Positions 19,364-28,864 of a stretch of DNA of 64,000 nucleotides are shown piece by piece. Position 1 is the stretch's first letter. Every line of letters begins with the position of its first letter. Source of the stretch: Candidatus Daviesbacteria bacterium RIFCSPLOWO2_01_FULL_39_23 (GTDB lineage: Bacteria; Patescibacteriota; Microgenomatia; Daviesbacterales; UBA10151); assembly GCA_001776935.1 (NCBI GenBank), contig MFDN01000001.1:293449-357448 (forward strand). Direction: 5' to 3'. The position numbers were made by a program, and so were the translations under genes. The notes under the pieces are model-generated. The model searched no databases and was not told where the DNA came from. It saw only the letters and a program-made list of their open reading frames with translations.

Positions 19364-19440
19364 AAAGCACCTCCTTTCTAATTAGACTACTACTTAGTGT
19401 AGTAGAATAATCTTTGCTTTGTCAATGAGGAAATGGTTAA

Positions 19441-20565
19441 TTAGTGGCTGGAAAGAGGCACCTGGTATTTAGAAACCTGTGCAGTAAATAGTGTCTGATT
19501 CGTCGAAGATTTAGAATTCAATAAAGACTTGTTTACATCTTCTAGATGGTCATCGCATTTCTTCTCTGGTAAGAATGACGCTCCGTTAGTCTTGCTTCGC
19601 AATAGATGTGCTGGGATATAGTTCGAAGGCTTTTCGGTTTCAGCGTGACACTGCTCTGAACAGGATTGATCTGCCGAACATAGAAAATAGGCAGAAGTTT
19701 CCATTGAATTTGTGTGAAAAGCACTAACGGGGGTTTGAAGTAAAAACCAACTCACGAGAACAAATAAAAAAGTTGTAAGTAAGCTAACTATTGATAGTCT
19801 AAGCTTACATTTTGTTCCCGGATCTATCAGTCGATGAATTCTTATTTCAAAATAATCAGGACCGGAAGCATTAGAGACTGTTGCTAAATTTAGATCCGGT
19901 GCGGCTAAGATTTTTTTGAGTGCACTACGGAGAAATATTGATTTTTGTTGATGGCTTATTGTCCATTGGTCTGCTAAAAGTTCATTAATTGCCTCTATGT
20001 TTTTATGAAGTTCCCTGAAAATAGGCAAGAAGAAAAACATTGAAGAAAATGTTTTTCCTATAAGAACTTTAATCGGATCCCGGCTTATCAGATGAGATTG
20101 TTCATGGAGTAAAACTGCTTCCAATTCTTTATCTGTCAAGGATTTTACAAGACCTGTGCTTACCACAATGAAAGGAGAAAAAATACCGCAACAAAAAGAA
20201 AACAAATTTTTATCTTTAACTAAAATAACTTTTTTTGTGAGATTTAAAGCCACTAAAGTTTTTGCTAAGTCTGAAGAGATGGTAATCTTTTTTATAAGCA
20301 ATCGTCTTAAAAAAATGCGAGTTTTAATAAGTTGTATCAGGAAAGACAAAAAGCCTATTCCTAAAACCGCCCCAACTGCCAAAATAAGCGTATTAGGAAG
20401 CGAGCGGGGGATTTCGAGCATGATGTTGGAAATAAATTTTTGGCACAAGAATAAGGTCTTTGAAGTAAATAGAGGGGAAGCTTTATATAGAAGAGTAGTT
20501 ATAACTAGACTGACAGTTAATGCAGAAAGGATGAGTGCATAAAAGCTAATGTTAATTCTTTTCAT
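19441..20565 (-). CDS. BlaR1/MecR1-family M56 sensor metalloprotease (membrane)
   Basis: Four N-terminal TM helices. HExxH 'LLHEQSHLISRDP'. Extracytoplasmic Cys-rich C-terminus ('CSADQSCSEQCHAE'). Immediately downstream of the BlaI-like repressor gene. Confidence 0.7.
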   Translation of the reverse strand: MKRINISFYALILSALTVSLVITTLLYKASPLFTSKTLFLCQKFISNIMLEIPRSLPNTLILAVGAVLGIGFLSFLIQLIKTRIFLRRLLIKKITISSDLAKTLVALNLTKKVILVKDKNLFSFCCGIFSPFIVVSTGLVKSLTDKELEAVLLHEQSHLISRDPIKVLIGKTFSSMFFFLPIFRELHKNIEAINELLADQWTISHQQKSIFLRSALKKILAAPDLNLATVSNASGPDYFEIRIHRLIDPGTKCKLRLSIVSLLTTFLFVLVSWFLLQTPVSAFHTNSMETSAYFLCSADQSCSEQCHAETEKPSNYIPAHLLRSKTNGASFLPEKKCDDHLEDVNKSLLNSKSSTNQTLFTAQVSKYQVPLSSH

Positions 20566-20591
20566 ATCAATCTTAAACGGTAAAGTCTGTT

Positions 20592-20978
20592 TTAACCTTC
20601 GCTTAGTTTTTTTAACAGATCTTGTCGTTTCTTTGGACTGATTTTTTGAATTTCTTTTATAAAATGAGCAAGTACCTCTTCTCCTAGGGTTGAAACTGCT
20701 GATGAAAAGATACCATGAACAGCTTTTGCGACAAATTGTTCTTTAGAAACTTTAGGTTTATACAGGTAGCTTGGCCCACTCATGTGTCTTACCAGGACAC
20801 CCTTATTTACAAGTCTTGCCATGATAGTCATCACAGTTGTATAAGCAATCTGGCGTCTTTTGCTTAAAATTTCAGTCACACTTTTGACTGAAACTGCACC
20901 CTTTTGACCCCAGATAATTTCCATTACCTCGGATTCCAGATCACCTAAAACCTTACCGGTAACACGTTTCTTGTTCAT
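20592..20978 (-). CDS. BlaI/MecI/CopY-family winged-helix transcriptional repressor
   Basis: 'EVMEIIW...AVSVKSVTEIL...YTTVMTIMARLVNKGVLVR' is the penicillinase-repressor fold signature. Confidence 0.8.
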   Translation of the reverse strand: MNKKRVTGKVLGDLESEVMEIIWGQKGAVSVKSVTEILSKRRQIAYTTVMTIMARLVNKGVLVRHMSGPSYLYKPKVSKEQFVAKAVHGIFSSAVSTLGEEVLAHFIKEIQKISPKKRQDLLKKLSEG

Positions 20979-20997
20979 ACTACTAACTATTGTAGTA
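20978..20997. promoter_or_regulatory. Inverted repeat TACTAC-N8-GTAGTA overlapping the blaI-like start codon; candidate BlaI/CopY operator
   Basis: Perfect 6-bp arms. The related dyad TACTAC-N5-GTAGTA lies upstream of the Met-rich gene. Confidence 0.4.
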
Positions 20998-21029
20998 TCT
21001 TACTCTACATTTAGTCAATTAAAGCATAT

Positions 21030-21719
21030 CTACAATAAGTCTTTTTTCTTCTCTTCAAATTCCTTTTTGTCAATTTCTCCTCTAGCATAACGCTCTTTGA
21101 GAATATCTAGAGAGCTTTTGTCTCCTTTACCTTGTCCAGACCGAGCAAGATAACGGATTAAAGTTACTACACCAAGAATGATAAGAAGCCAAAAGGCAAG
21201 CATGAAAATCCATCCCAAAACTCCAAAACCACTCCAACCATTACCGCTCCAGCCATTCATCATTCCAAATCCCGGACCCATCATAGAATTGCCACCTCCT
21301 TTCATCATCCACATCATAGGCATAAATCCAATCCCATTTGCAGGGAGTTGGGCATCAGGATCACAGCTGCTTAATCTTTTTCCCATAGCGATATGCATTT
21401 GCTCTTCTCCTTCTTCACCCATCATTTGTATCATCATGTTGTTCATTGCCTCGTGAGATGAACCCATCATCTGGCCCATGAAGTACTCGCCAAGAGATCC
21501 GTATTGATTATCTGTAATATTTTTACATTCAAGCTGCTTAGACTGCAGTTTATCCCAAATTTCTTTGCCTTCTGCTTCCTCACGGGCAGTATGACCATTT
21601 GGGGAAACTGCTGATTGAGAACCTGCTTGTAGCGGGTTTATTGATCCTTGAGCAAAAGTATTAACAGGCTGGATAATAATGATAAGTAGTAAAATAATGA
21701 TAGTAAGGAATTTTTTCAT
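21030..21719 (-). CDS. Secreted/membrane Met-rich protein with C-terminal SHOCT domain
   Basis: Met-rich stretches 'MMGSSHEAMNNMMIQMMGEEGEEQMH', 'MPMMWMMKGGGNSMMGPGFGMM' (Cu(I)-binding-like). TM segment. C-terminal 'LDILKERYARGEIDKKEFEEKKKDL' (SHOCT). Confidence 0.55.
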   Translation of the reverse strand: MKKFLTIIILLLIIIIQPVNTFAQGSINPLQAGSQSAVSPNGHTAREEAEGKEIWDKLQSKQLECKNITDNQYGSLGEYFMGQMMGSSHEAMNNMMIQMMGEEGEEQMHIAMGKRLSSCDPDAQLPANGIGFMPMMWMMKGGGNSMMGPGFGMMNGWSGNGWSGFGVLGWIFMLAFWLLIILGVVTLIRYLARSGQGKGDKSSLDILKERYARGEIDKKEFEEKKKDLL

Positions 21720-21747
21720 AAATTGGTGATTGTTATATTGCTAATTA

Positions 21748-21764
21748 TACTACAATAAGTAGTA
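21748..21764. promoter_or_regulatory. Perfect palindrome TACTACAATAAGTAGTA upstream of the Met-rich/BlaI/BlaR1 operon; candidate repressor operator
   Basis: 6-bp arms with 5-nt spacer. Shares the 11-mer CTACAATAAGT with 21030-21040. Confidence 0.4.
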
Positions 21765-21805
21765 GGAGATAAACTACGTTTGTTGCTGGCGTAATAAATA
21801 CGTGA

Positions 21806-22399
21806 ATGAAGAAAAAACTACTTTTTATCTGTTTAGGCTTAATTTCTATAGCAGTAATACTTTATTGGTTAAAGGTCCCACATCTTCTTATTGGTCGATA
21901 TCTTGCTCCCTCAGATAATTTATCCCGAGCTGATGCAATAGTGGTTGTTAGTGGAGATAGTGACCGAATGAGACAAGCGATAGATTTATATAAGCAAGGT
22001 TACGCTCCAAAACTAATCCTCTCGGGTGCTGCAAGAGATGGGATAACCTCGAATGCTTTAGCTATGCATATTGAAGCATCTCAATCAGGAATACCTAACG
22101 AAGCAGTAATTTTGGAAGAAAAAGCAAATAATACCTATGAAAACGCTTTGTACACGAAAGAAATAGTACTTTCCCAAGGAATGCAAAATATTATTTTAGT
22201 TACCTCTCCTTATCATCAAAGGAGAGTATATGAAACTTTTAAAAATGTGTTTAAAGGATCAAAGGTTAAGTTACAAAATAGTCCCTCAATTTATTCCAGT
22301 TGGAAGCCTGATAACTGGTGGAATAGAGAAAGAGAATTACACCTCACTCAAGAGGAAACCATAAAAGTTCTGTGGTCTAGTATTACGGGAAGTTACTGA
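21806..22399 (+). CDS. DUF218/YdcF (ElyC)-family protein
   Basis: N-terminal TM segment. 'ADAIVVVSGDS' and 'YHQRR' are characteristic of the family. Confidence 0.6.
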   Translation: MKKKLLFICLGLISIAVILYWLKVPHLLIGRYLAPSDNLSRADAIVVVSGDSDRMRQAIDLYKQGYAPKLILSGAARDGITSNALAMHIEASQSGIPNEAVILEEKANNTYENALYTKEIVLSQGMQNIILVTSPYHQRRVYETFKNVFKGSKVKLQNSPSIYSSWKPDNWWNRERELHLTQEETIKVLWSSITGSY

Positions 22400-22417
22400 T
22401 AGCTTAAGAAGCTTACT

Positions 22418-23395
22418 TCATCTAAGATATTTGTCAAAGAAATCAATAGTCCTCGGTGAAATTACATCCCAGCCCAAATTTCTGAAATTGTGATCCTGAT
22501 CTTCGTATTCAAAATACTCAACAGATTTACCTTCTCTTTTCAGAGCCTCATTTAACTCTTTGGACCATTCCGGCCTTACTTCGGTATCTGCTAACCCCTG
22601 GTGCAGACTGATTGGAGTTGTAATGTATTTTAGATAATTGATCGGTGATACATCTTCAAGATTAGGACTTGAAGGTCCTGGAGTGCCTCTTCTTCCACCA
22701 TAGAAAGCAGCATTATCAGAAGACCTTCCACTGGTTGGTGCCCAAAGAACCAGAGCTTTTACTCTACTTGTGACCTCAATTGTTCTTAAAGATACCTCAC
22801 CTCCCATGCTGTGTCCCCACATACCAATTTTATTTTGATCAGCTTTAGGCAAACTTTTTAGTGAGGCAATCAAATTTAATATATCTATAGCATAATTGGG
22901 ATTGTGTCCTCGTGATCCTAGGCCATCATTTTCCGATTTCCCAAAACCCCGGTAGTCCGAGGCCAAAGTAAGATAACCGTTAGCTGCCAGTATATTGGCT
23001 ATTCCATCTGTGCCGTTACCTGAAATATAAGTGGACTGGTTAAAATAGCCATGGTTTAAAAGAATTACCGAAAATGGACCAACACCCGCGGGAATATTCA
23101 TCTTTCCATAAATTGTTAAATCATCGGAAGGGTAGGAAAAGAGATAGCTGGTGTATAAATTATTGCTCGATATAGTTTCTTCTATTTTAATTTCTCCACC
23201 TTTAAATTCTCTTTTACGCAAATTTTCAATGAATGATTCAGCACCGTTCTCAGCAGTACTCCCTATGTTTTGATTTACCTCCGGATTATTTTGTGCCAAA
23301 GGTAACTTTTTAAAAATATTGCTTTGCCACAACAAAAAAATTATTAATCCTAATATAGTAGCAATTGATAAAATTTTAATAGGTAGTGACTGCAT
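22418..23395 (-). CDS. Alpha/beta hydrolase (prolyl oligopeptidase/dienelactone hydrolase-like), membrane anchored
   Basis: Nucleophile elbow 'GMWGHSMGG' (GxSxG). Acid and His residues downstream. Confidence 0.65.
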   Translation of the reverse strand: MQSLPIKILSIATILGLIIFLLWQSNIFKKLPLAQNNPEVNQNIGSTAENGAESFIENLRKREFKGGEIKIEETISSNNLYTSYLFSYPSDDLTIYGKMNIPAGVGPFSVILLNHGYFNQSTYISGNGTDGIANILAANGYLTLASDYRGFGKSENDGLGSRGHNPNYAIDILNLIASLKSLPKADQNKIGMWGHSMGGEVSLRTIEVTSRVKALVLWAPTSGRSSDNAAFYGGRRGTPGPSSPNLEDVSPINYLKYITTPISLHQGLADTEVRPEWSKELNEALKREGKSVEYFEYEDQDHNFRNLGWDVISPRTIDFFDKYLR

Positions 23396-23416
23396 GTTAT
23401 AAATGGGCTGAGCTGA

Positions 23417-26400
23417 TTAAACTAAATCTTTGAACTCCAGATGGCCTTTCAAAACCAAACTGTTAGCCAAGTCTTTTGCTGTTTGAACTGCATCTCTACG
23501 TTTTGAAGCTAAAACTGCTTTTATTGTTTCTAGAAGCTCGCCTCTCCAAGTTAGAACTCCCCAGCCTTTCTTATCCTGCTCCACCATCTTCTCTGCACAT
23601 CTGATAATTTCTAGAGGATAATGAGAAGTCATCCTAGGTAACTGCTCAAGAATAAGATGGTCTCCCTCCAGCACACATCCCAATGTTAGAATTTCCAGCA
23701 GTTGCTCTAAAACCCACTTCTCATCAAACTTTCCAGAAGCGAACCACCAGCTAAACCCTGCAAGCTCTTGCACATCTTCTGCCCCCTTTGTGCGTTTTAC
23801 AGTACTCAGCCTATTCTCCCATAATAACTTTATGCGTTTTTTTACTTCTTCCGGAAGGGTCGTGTCTTCCTTGAGGTTACGACCAATAAATTCTACTGCT
23901 TCTGCTCTAAGAGAAACCGGAGCATCTCTAAAGAATTGATCCACTAAACCGCCTTTGGAAAGATTTAATTCTCCAACCCAATAAAAAACCATCAAATGTT
24001 GCGCCAGTCTTTGATCAGGACTTTCTAAATGATGTTTTGTATCGGCATGTTTTCCTGCTTCCTTAAGCGCTCTTTTATACTGTTTTCCTAAGATCCTCAG
24101 TAGCTCTTTGAAAGGTTGAACAAAAATGATATAAGCTTCCCAGGCTGCATCAAAGTATGCTTGCTGTTTCTCATCTATGGGGAAAATGGTATCTTCTTTG
24201 CTAATTACCCAACTTTTATCGAGCCAAGTAAGCGTTCCTAGTTTTTCTCCATAAACTGCCCTAATTGCTAACGAAGAATCTTTCTTTATATCTAAATGGG
24301 TATCCAGTACCTTTAAAAGCTCCGGCGCTTTTGCTTGGAATGACCAACTACCCTGAGCTTCTTTGCTTTCAGATTCTTTCAACCATACGCCATATTGAAT
24401 TGCTGCCAACATCGCATCTCCCCGAGTAGAGTTGATAGCCAGAGTAAGAGGATCTTCATGGGATTTAAGGTATTCTTCTTCGTGTTTTGGAGTAGGATCC
24501 GGATCATTTGTAAGCTTTTCAATAAGCCTCCACGCCTGTTCACGAAGAGATGGTGGTAATTTACCTGCATGTCCACTCATTCCTTCACTCAAAAGTTCGA
24601 CAATTGTATTCCTGCACCAACTCCAGTCAGGATCTTCTCCAAAAGGAACTGTTGGTTTTCTTTTTTCCACCTGGATTGGCTTTGACAGTGCAATTTCGCA
24701 TAGTTCAAGAACAGGTTCCCAATCAAAGCTTTTTCCCTGTTTAAGGGCATCGCGATACCCACCAAGCAGTGATCTTACATAGGTAGGGTCTAGTTTGCCA
24801 AAAGACTGAGTAACCTTGCTCCATTTTTCAGGATCAGAAGCTACTTGTTCGGCGAGTTGTCTCCCAGTTCCCTCTCTTGAACGGTCAAGAGGATCGTTTG
24901 CCGGAGGCTCCCATTTCTCAAGAAACTCTACAACTTTTTGAGGCTCCATTTCTTTTAACTGTTCCTGAGAAACAGTACTGTTGGGTCCCCAGCTTCCACC
25001 ACTAGACCAGGACCTAAAAGAAGGAAATTCTGGTTCTCCCACCAAAGCAACTATCTCGTCAAAATATTTCTTCCACTTGGGATCAATATCCTTAAAAGGC
25101 ATGAGATGATACATTTGCCAGTTCTTAATATACTTTTCAATCTCTGCCTGGGTGGTTTTATGACCATTTTGAGCACGCCATTTTTTATAACTTTCTACAT
25201 CAGCTCCATTCATAATCCAAGACCAAACCTGCTCTTTTTGTTCTTTGTTTAGTAGACTTCCATGAGCCTCTGCCAGGAGGAAATATTCATGGGTAACTCT
25301 AGACTCTCCTTGAAATTCCTCCTTATTCAGTAATTCCTGAGCAATTTTTTCCTCGGCACCTTTGGGAAAAAGCCTAAGCAAGTGAAGGGATAAACGCTTG
25401 AAAATGCTCAACTTCTTTGACTCAAGTTCTTTTACCATTACTAAAATCTGATCCGGATGAGAGCGCAAGAATTGCTCACAAGCATCCCTAAGCCCTGTAA
25501 CCAGCAGGTCTCTTACTCCAAATTTATGGTTTTGGGAGTTGTCTTCAATGGCAGGTCTCCAGATATAGGAATAATCATCCTTTGAACCTGATTTTCTTCC
25601 CTCATCTGAAAGATTTACATAGTCCTGGATTAAATCGACCAAGACTTTTACTGCCTCCATGCCGGTTTGATCAACAAACCCTGGGTAATTTTCATTAAGA
25701 ATCTTCTCGTAGTGCCAGTCATCAAAGAAGGCTATCGGATCATGAGAGAAAGTATGACCCTCTATTACAGTCGGTTTTCGAGGATCTGGTTTAACAGCCA
25801 ATACTTTCCTTGCCAGGGTAAGTGCTTCGCTTGAAAATCCTTCTTTAGCCAAATAAACTATGAGTGCTCCATATTTTTCTGGATGAAACCAAGAGTTAAT
25901 TTGATCTAACTTGCTGTAAGATTTCTCAACGATTTGGATGGACATTTTCCCAGGCAGGTTTAGTGCTACCTCAAGCAACTCCGCCTGCGTCCTGATGTTA
26001 TCCGTTTCTATTCCCAAACAAATCTCCAAAACCTTCTTCTGCGCAGAGGGGATCTTGGACATCTTGACCAGATAAGTCAGCTGTGGCCAATAAGGATAAC
26101 TTATACCACCATCCGGATGCTCAAGAGGAGGGGTGGGATCATCGAAGAAGCCTTTCTCTAATAAAGTATTCAGACAGTCTGGTTTATCAAGCCGTTCAAA
26201 AAAGTAGCCTAAAGTAACAGCATTACAAGGTATTTTTTGTTTAAACTCATCCAAATCTTTCTTGGCAATAGCAGGTTTTACAAGTAACTTATCTAAGTAA
26301 TCAACATAATGAACGAAGTTTTTTTCAACGACGTCAATTAAGAAGGCAAACAATATTTGGACCTTATCCCAAAGATAGTCAAACTGCTCATCTGCTGGCC

Positions 26401-26803
26401 TCACCGATAATAGCCCCCTCCTATGCGCCCACCGATGTAGAGCCACATTATCTTTACTTTTGGCTATATCCATCCAAAGTTGAACCGGTTCTTGGTCAGC
26501 CTTTATCTTATAAGTCCGGAGCACCTTTTTAATCTTCTTTTCATTTTTACCATTACCTCTGGGCTTGTAATCAGCAGGAAGTAAAACAGTGGTGAGATCG
26601 CCCAAGATTTCTCTAAGCAAGTGTCCTATCAAGTGAGTTTTTGATTCCAAATCCGCGTCGCCATAGTAAATCTTGCAAGCATCTTTATAAAACGAGGCTG
26701 TAGCCTCGCCGACTCCACGCTTCAAGCCCTCATATACCTTGGTGTTACGAGGATCCTGAAAACTGAACTGCTTAATTTGTTTTAACTTTGGACGAGATGC
26801 CAT
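23417..26803 (-). CDS. Large (1128 aa) hypothetical cytoplasmic protein, no recognisable motif
   Basis: Long uninterrupted ORF. Trp/Lys-rich, alpha-helical appearance. No Walker, HExxH or nuclease motifs found by eye. Confidence 0.5.
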   Translation of the reverse strand: MASRPKLKQIKQFSFQDPRNTKVYEGLKRGVGEATASFYKDACKIYYGDADLESKTHLIGHLLREILGDLTTVLLPADYKPRGNGKNEKKIKKVLRTYKIKADQEPVQLWMDIAKSKDNVALHRWAHRRGLLSVRPADEQFDYLWDKVQILFAFLIDVVEKNFVHYVDYLDKLLVKPAIAKKDLDEFKQKIPCNAVTLGYFFERLDKPDCLNTLLEKGFFDDPTPPLEHPDGGISYPYWPQLTYLVKMSKIPSAQKKVLEICLGIETDNIRTQAELLEVALNLPGKMSIQIVEKSYSKLDQINSWFHPEKYGALIVYLAKEGFSSEALTLARKVLAVKPDPRKPTVIEGHTFSHDPIAFFDDWHYEKILNENYPGFVDQTGMEAVKVLVDLIQDYVNLSDEGRKSGSKDDYSYIWRPAIEDNSQNHKFGVRDLLVTGLRDACEQFLRSHPDQILVMVKELESKKLSIFKRLSLHLLRLFPKGAEEKIAQELLNKEEFQGESRVTHEYFLLAEAHGSLLNKEQKEQVWSWIMNGADVESYKKWRAQNGHKTTQAEIEKYIKNWQMYHLMPFKDIDPKWKKYFDEIVALVGEPEFPSFRSWSSGGSWGPNSTVSQEQLKEMEPQKVVEFLEKWEPPANDPLDRSREGTGRQLAEQVASDPEKWSKVTQSFGKLDPTYVRSLLGGYRDALKQGKSFDWEPVLELCEIALSKPIQVEKRKPTVPFGEDPDWSWCRNTIVELLSEGMSGHAGKLPPSLREQAWRLIEKLTNDPDPTPKHEEEYLKSHEDPLTLAINSTRGDAMLAAIQYGVWLKESESKEAQGSWSFQAKAPELLKVLDTHLDIKKDSSLAIRAVYGEKLGTLTWLDKSWVISKEDTIFPIDEKQQAYFDAAWEAYIIFVQPFKELLRILGKQYKRALKEAGKHADTKHHLESPDQRLAQHLMVFYWVGELNLSKGGLVDQFFRDAPVSLRAEAVEFIGRNLKEDTTLPEEVKKRIKLLWENRLSTVKRTKGAEDVQELAGFSWWFASGKFDEKWVLEQLLEILTLGCVLEGDHLILEQLPRMTSHYPLEIIRCAEKMVEQDKKGWGVLTWRGELLETIKAVLASKRRDAVQTAKDLANSLVLKGHLEFKDLV

Positions 26804-27085
26804 AAAAATATCCTTGTTAAGGGTAGATGATAAAGAATTTTTCTATCAGTCTCTGTCCTTAACTTCAAGAGTAATTATACTCGAATCTCTTTAATTTTGA
26901 CCCCGCAGTTTTGTAACAAATGCTAGAAAATGACAGAAATGTTATTGATGTTATTTGTCTGCTTCCACTAGGATGAAAGCATAAGAAGTTAGCGCCTAAC
27001 GAAACTATCGGGGCTGTGACTTTTGAATATACGCTATGCGTGTGCTTAGAAGTTGCAGCCTTTTTTTATTTATAACAGGAAAAGT

Positions 27086-27412
27086 ATGGACGATATGCAT
27101 ATGAAACAAAATAAACCGCACATGTCAGATCAAGAGCAAAATTCTCATAATGAAGATAAAAACGACTCCTCCCAATCTAGTGAAACGCAGGTTTGGGATA
27201 AAGTAGATGCTGTTTTTGTAGCAGCCCGCAATGCCCTTTATCAAGGACAGTCCAATTTCCTGGAAGTTTTGGACAGTCTTATTGCTACCCTTCAAGATAT
27301 GAGAGAAAACGAAGTCCGCCCTTTGGGTGGTTTAGGTACCGCAGAATCCAAAATGAAAATTCAGGAGCCATCTGAGTCAGAAGAAGAAATTCCTGAGGAT
27401 CAAAATACATGA
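27086..27412 (+). CDS. Phage acidic hypothetical protein
   Basis: ORF track 27053-27412. Internal ATG at 27086 preceded by AGGAAAAG is the more likely start. Confidence 0.35.
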   Translation: MDDMHMKQNKPHMSDQEQNSHNEDKNDSSQSSETQVWDKVDAVFVAARNALYQGQSNFLEVLDSLIATLQDMRENEVRPLGGLGTAESKMKIQEPSESEEEIPEDQNT

Positions 27413-27663
27413 TGGATACAGTTGATGAAAAGCTTGAACGAAGCAGAGCTGTTTGGGAAATGACCCAGACTGAAGGATGGCAAATCATTAAAGGGTTGAT
27501 CGATCGGGAGATAGAAATTGAGACTAATGATTTACTGGAGTGTCCAGTAGCAGAAGATCTTGAGCATAAACAAATGATCAAAGCATATAAAAGAATTTTA
27601 AACACTGTTGAGAGCTTACTTAAAGAACGTGAGGAAATTTCTAAAGATTTACAAAAAGAATAA
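27409..27663 (+). CDS. Phage hypothetical protein
   Basis: 84 aa. 4-nt overlap with the previous gene. Confidence 0.4.
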   Translation: MMDTVDEKLERSRAVWEMTQTEGWQIIKGLIDREIEIETNDLLECPVAEDLEHKQMIKAYKRILNTVESLLKEREEISKDLQKE

Positions 27664-27692
27664 ACAAGTTTGTTACTTACGTAATAACAAAT

Positions 27693-27893
27693 ATGCCATA
27701 CGGACCAGAAACAACAAACAAAGATGGAACTCTCAATGAAGTAGGCCAAAAGGTCGAACGTTGTGTAGCTCAGGTAATGAAGGATCCAAATTTTAAACCT
27801 AAAACAGGACAAGATAAAAAAGAAGCCGCTATCGCAGTTTGTAAAGCTTCAATTATTCGTGCAGAAGAAGTTAATAAACAATTGCAAAAATAG
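27693..27893 (+). CDS. Phage hypothetical small protein
   Basis: 66 aa, basic. Confidence 0.35.
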   Translation: MPYGPETTNKDGTLNEVGQKVERCVAQVMKDPNFKPKTGQDKKEAAIAVCKASIIRAEEVNKQLQK

Positions 27894-27904
27894 GAGTAAA
27901 AACT

Positions 27905-28825
27905 ATGGAGGATGATAAGTTAAAAGACAAAGAACAGGAAGAATTAAGAGCACTGCTGGATACCCCAGATGAGGGTACTTTTTCAGATGAAGATGATCAG
28001 GATAATAAAGGCGATCAGGATGAAGATAAAAGTTCTTCTGAATACGATGACACTGGTGATGATACTTCTTCCAAGAACACAAAAAACAATCCTGAAGCTG
28101 GTAATGGTTCTGAAGATAATAAAGATAAAGCTAAAAGCGATACCGCTTCCGGCGAGGAGGATGAAGATAAGGACAATAAAGACCGCTGGCATGGTAAAAG
28201 CAGAGAGGAAGTTATAAAAGCTTATGAGTCTTTGGAAGCTCGTATCATTGCTTTGGAAAATAAGGCTGATTCAGAAAATAAAACTGACAAGGACGACACT
28301 GCCACCGACGAGAAGGCAGACGAGAAAACCGAAAGCGATGAAAACGAAGATAATAATCCTGGGATTCCCTCTGCTGATGAACTTCAAAAAATGACTCCGA
28401 CTGATTTTGCAAAATGGGTTTTGGGACGAATTGACGAAGGAGTCAAGCGCACTATCGAAACGCAGGAGAAAATCCGTGATGCTGTTCATCAGGAAATTTC
28501 TGATGCCAGGAAAGAGCATCCACTGCAAGATCCCGACTATCGAAAAATGGTCCTGGCAATTATTGATTCTGCCAGCGCTAAGGGGACAACTATTCCACTC
28601 AAAGATGCCTGCAGCCAAGTTGATTCCTTCTTAGGCAAACATAAAGGACAATCCGAAAATTTATCAGACGAAGAAAAGAGCCGCCTTAAAAAAGCAAAAG
28701 CTCAAGTTGAGAGTGGAGCGGGCGCTCCGACTCAACCCGATGGCTCGGATGCCGAGACAAAACGCATCCAGAAAGCTCTCGCCGGAAGCGGGTCAAAAAG
28801 CCCATTGGGAGGGTTAGGAATCTAA
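27905..28825 (+). CDS. Putative capsid scaffolding protein (highly acidic, coiled-coil)
   Basis: D/E/K-rich low-complexity N-terminal half and helical C-terminal half. Positioned immediately before the capsid gene. Confidence 0.45.
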   Translation: MEDDKLKDKEQEELRALLDTPDEGTFSDEDDQDNKGDQDEDKSSSEYDDTGDDTSSKNTKNNPEAGNGSEDNKDKAKSDTASGEEDEDKDNKDRWHGKSREEVIKAYESLEARIIALENKADSENKTDKDDTATDEKADEKTESDENEDNNPGIPSADELQKMTPTDFAKWVLGRIDEGVKRTIETQEKIRDAVHQEISDARKEHPLQDPDYRKMVLAIIDSASAKGTTIPLKDACSQVDSFLGKHKGQSENLSDEEKSRLKKAKAQVESGAGAPTQPDGSDAETKRIQKALAGSGSKSPLGGLGI

Positions 28826-28864
28826 CCTCCTGTATTTTCAAAAGGAGGGAGGTGAAAAAATATT

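Noticed and set aside
26804-27052. Possible att site or tRNA at the left boundary of the phage-like block, and 45948-46247 at the right
   Set aside because: No matching direct repeats were found by eye between the two boundaries and no tRNA-like structure. Boundaries remain undefined.
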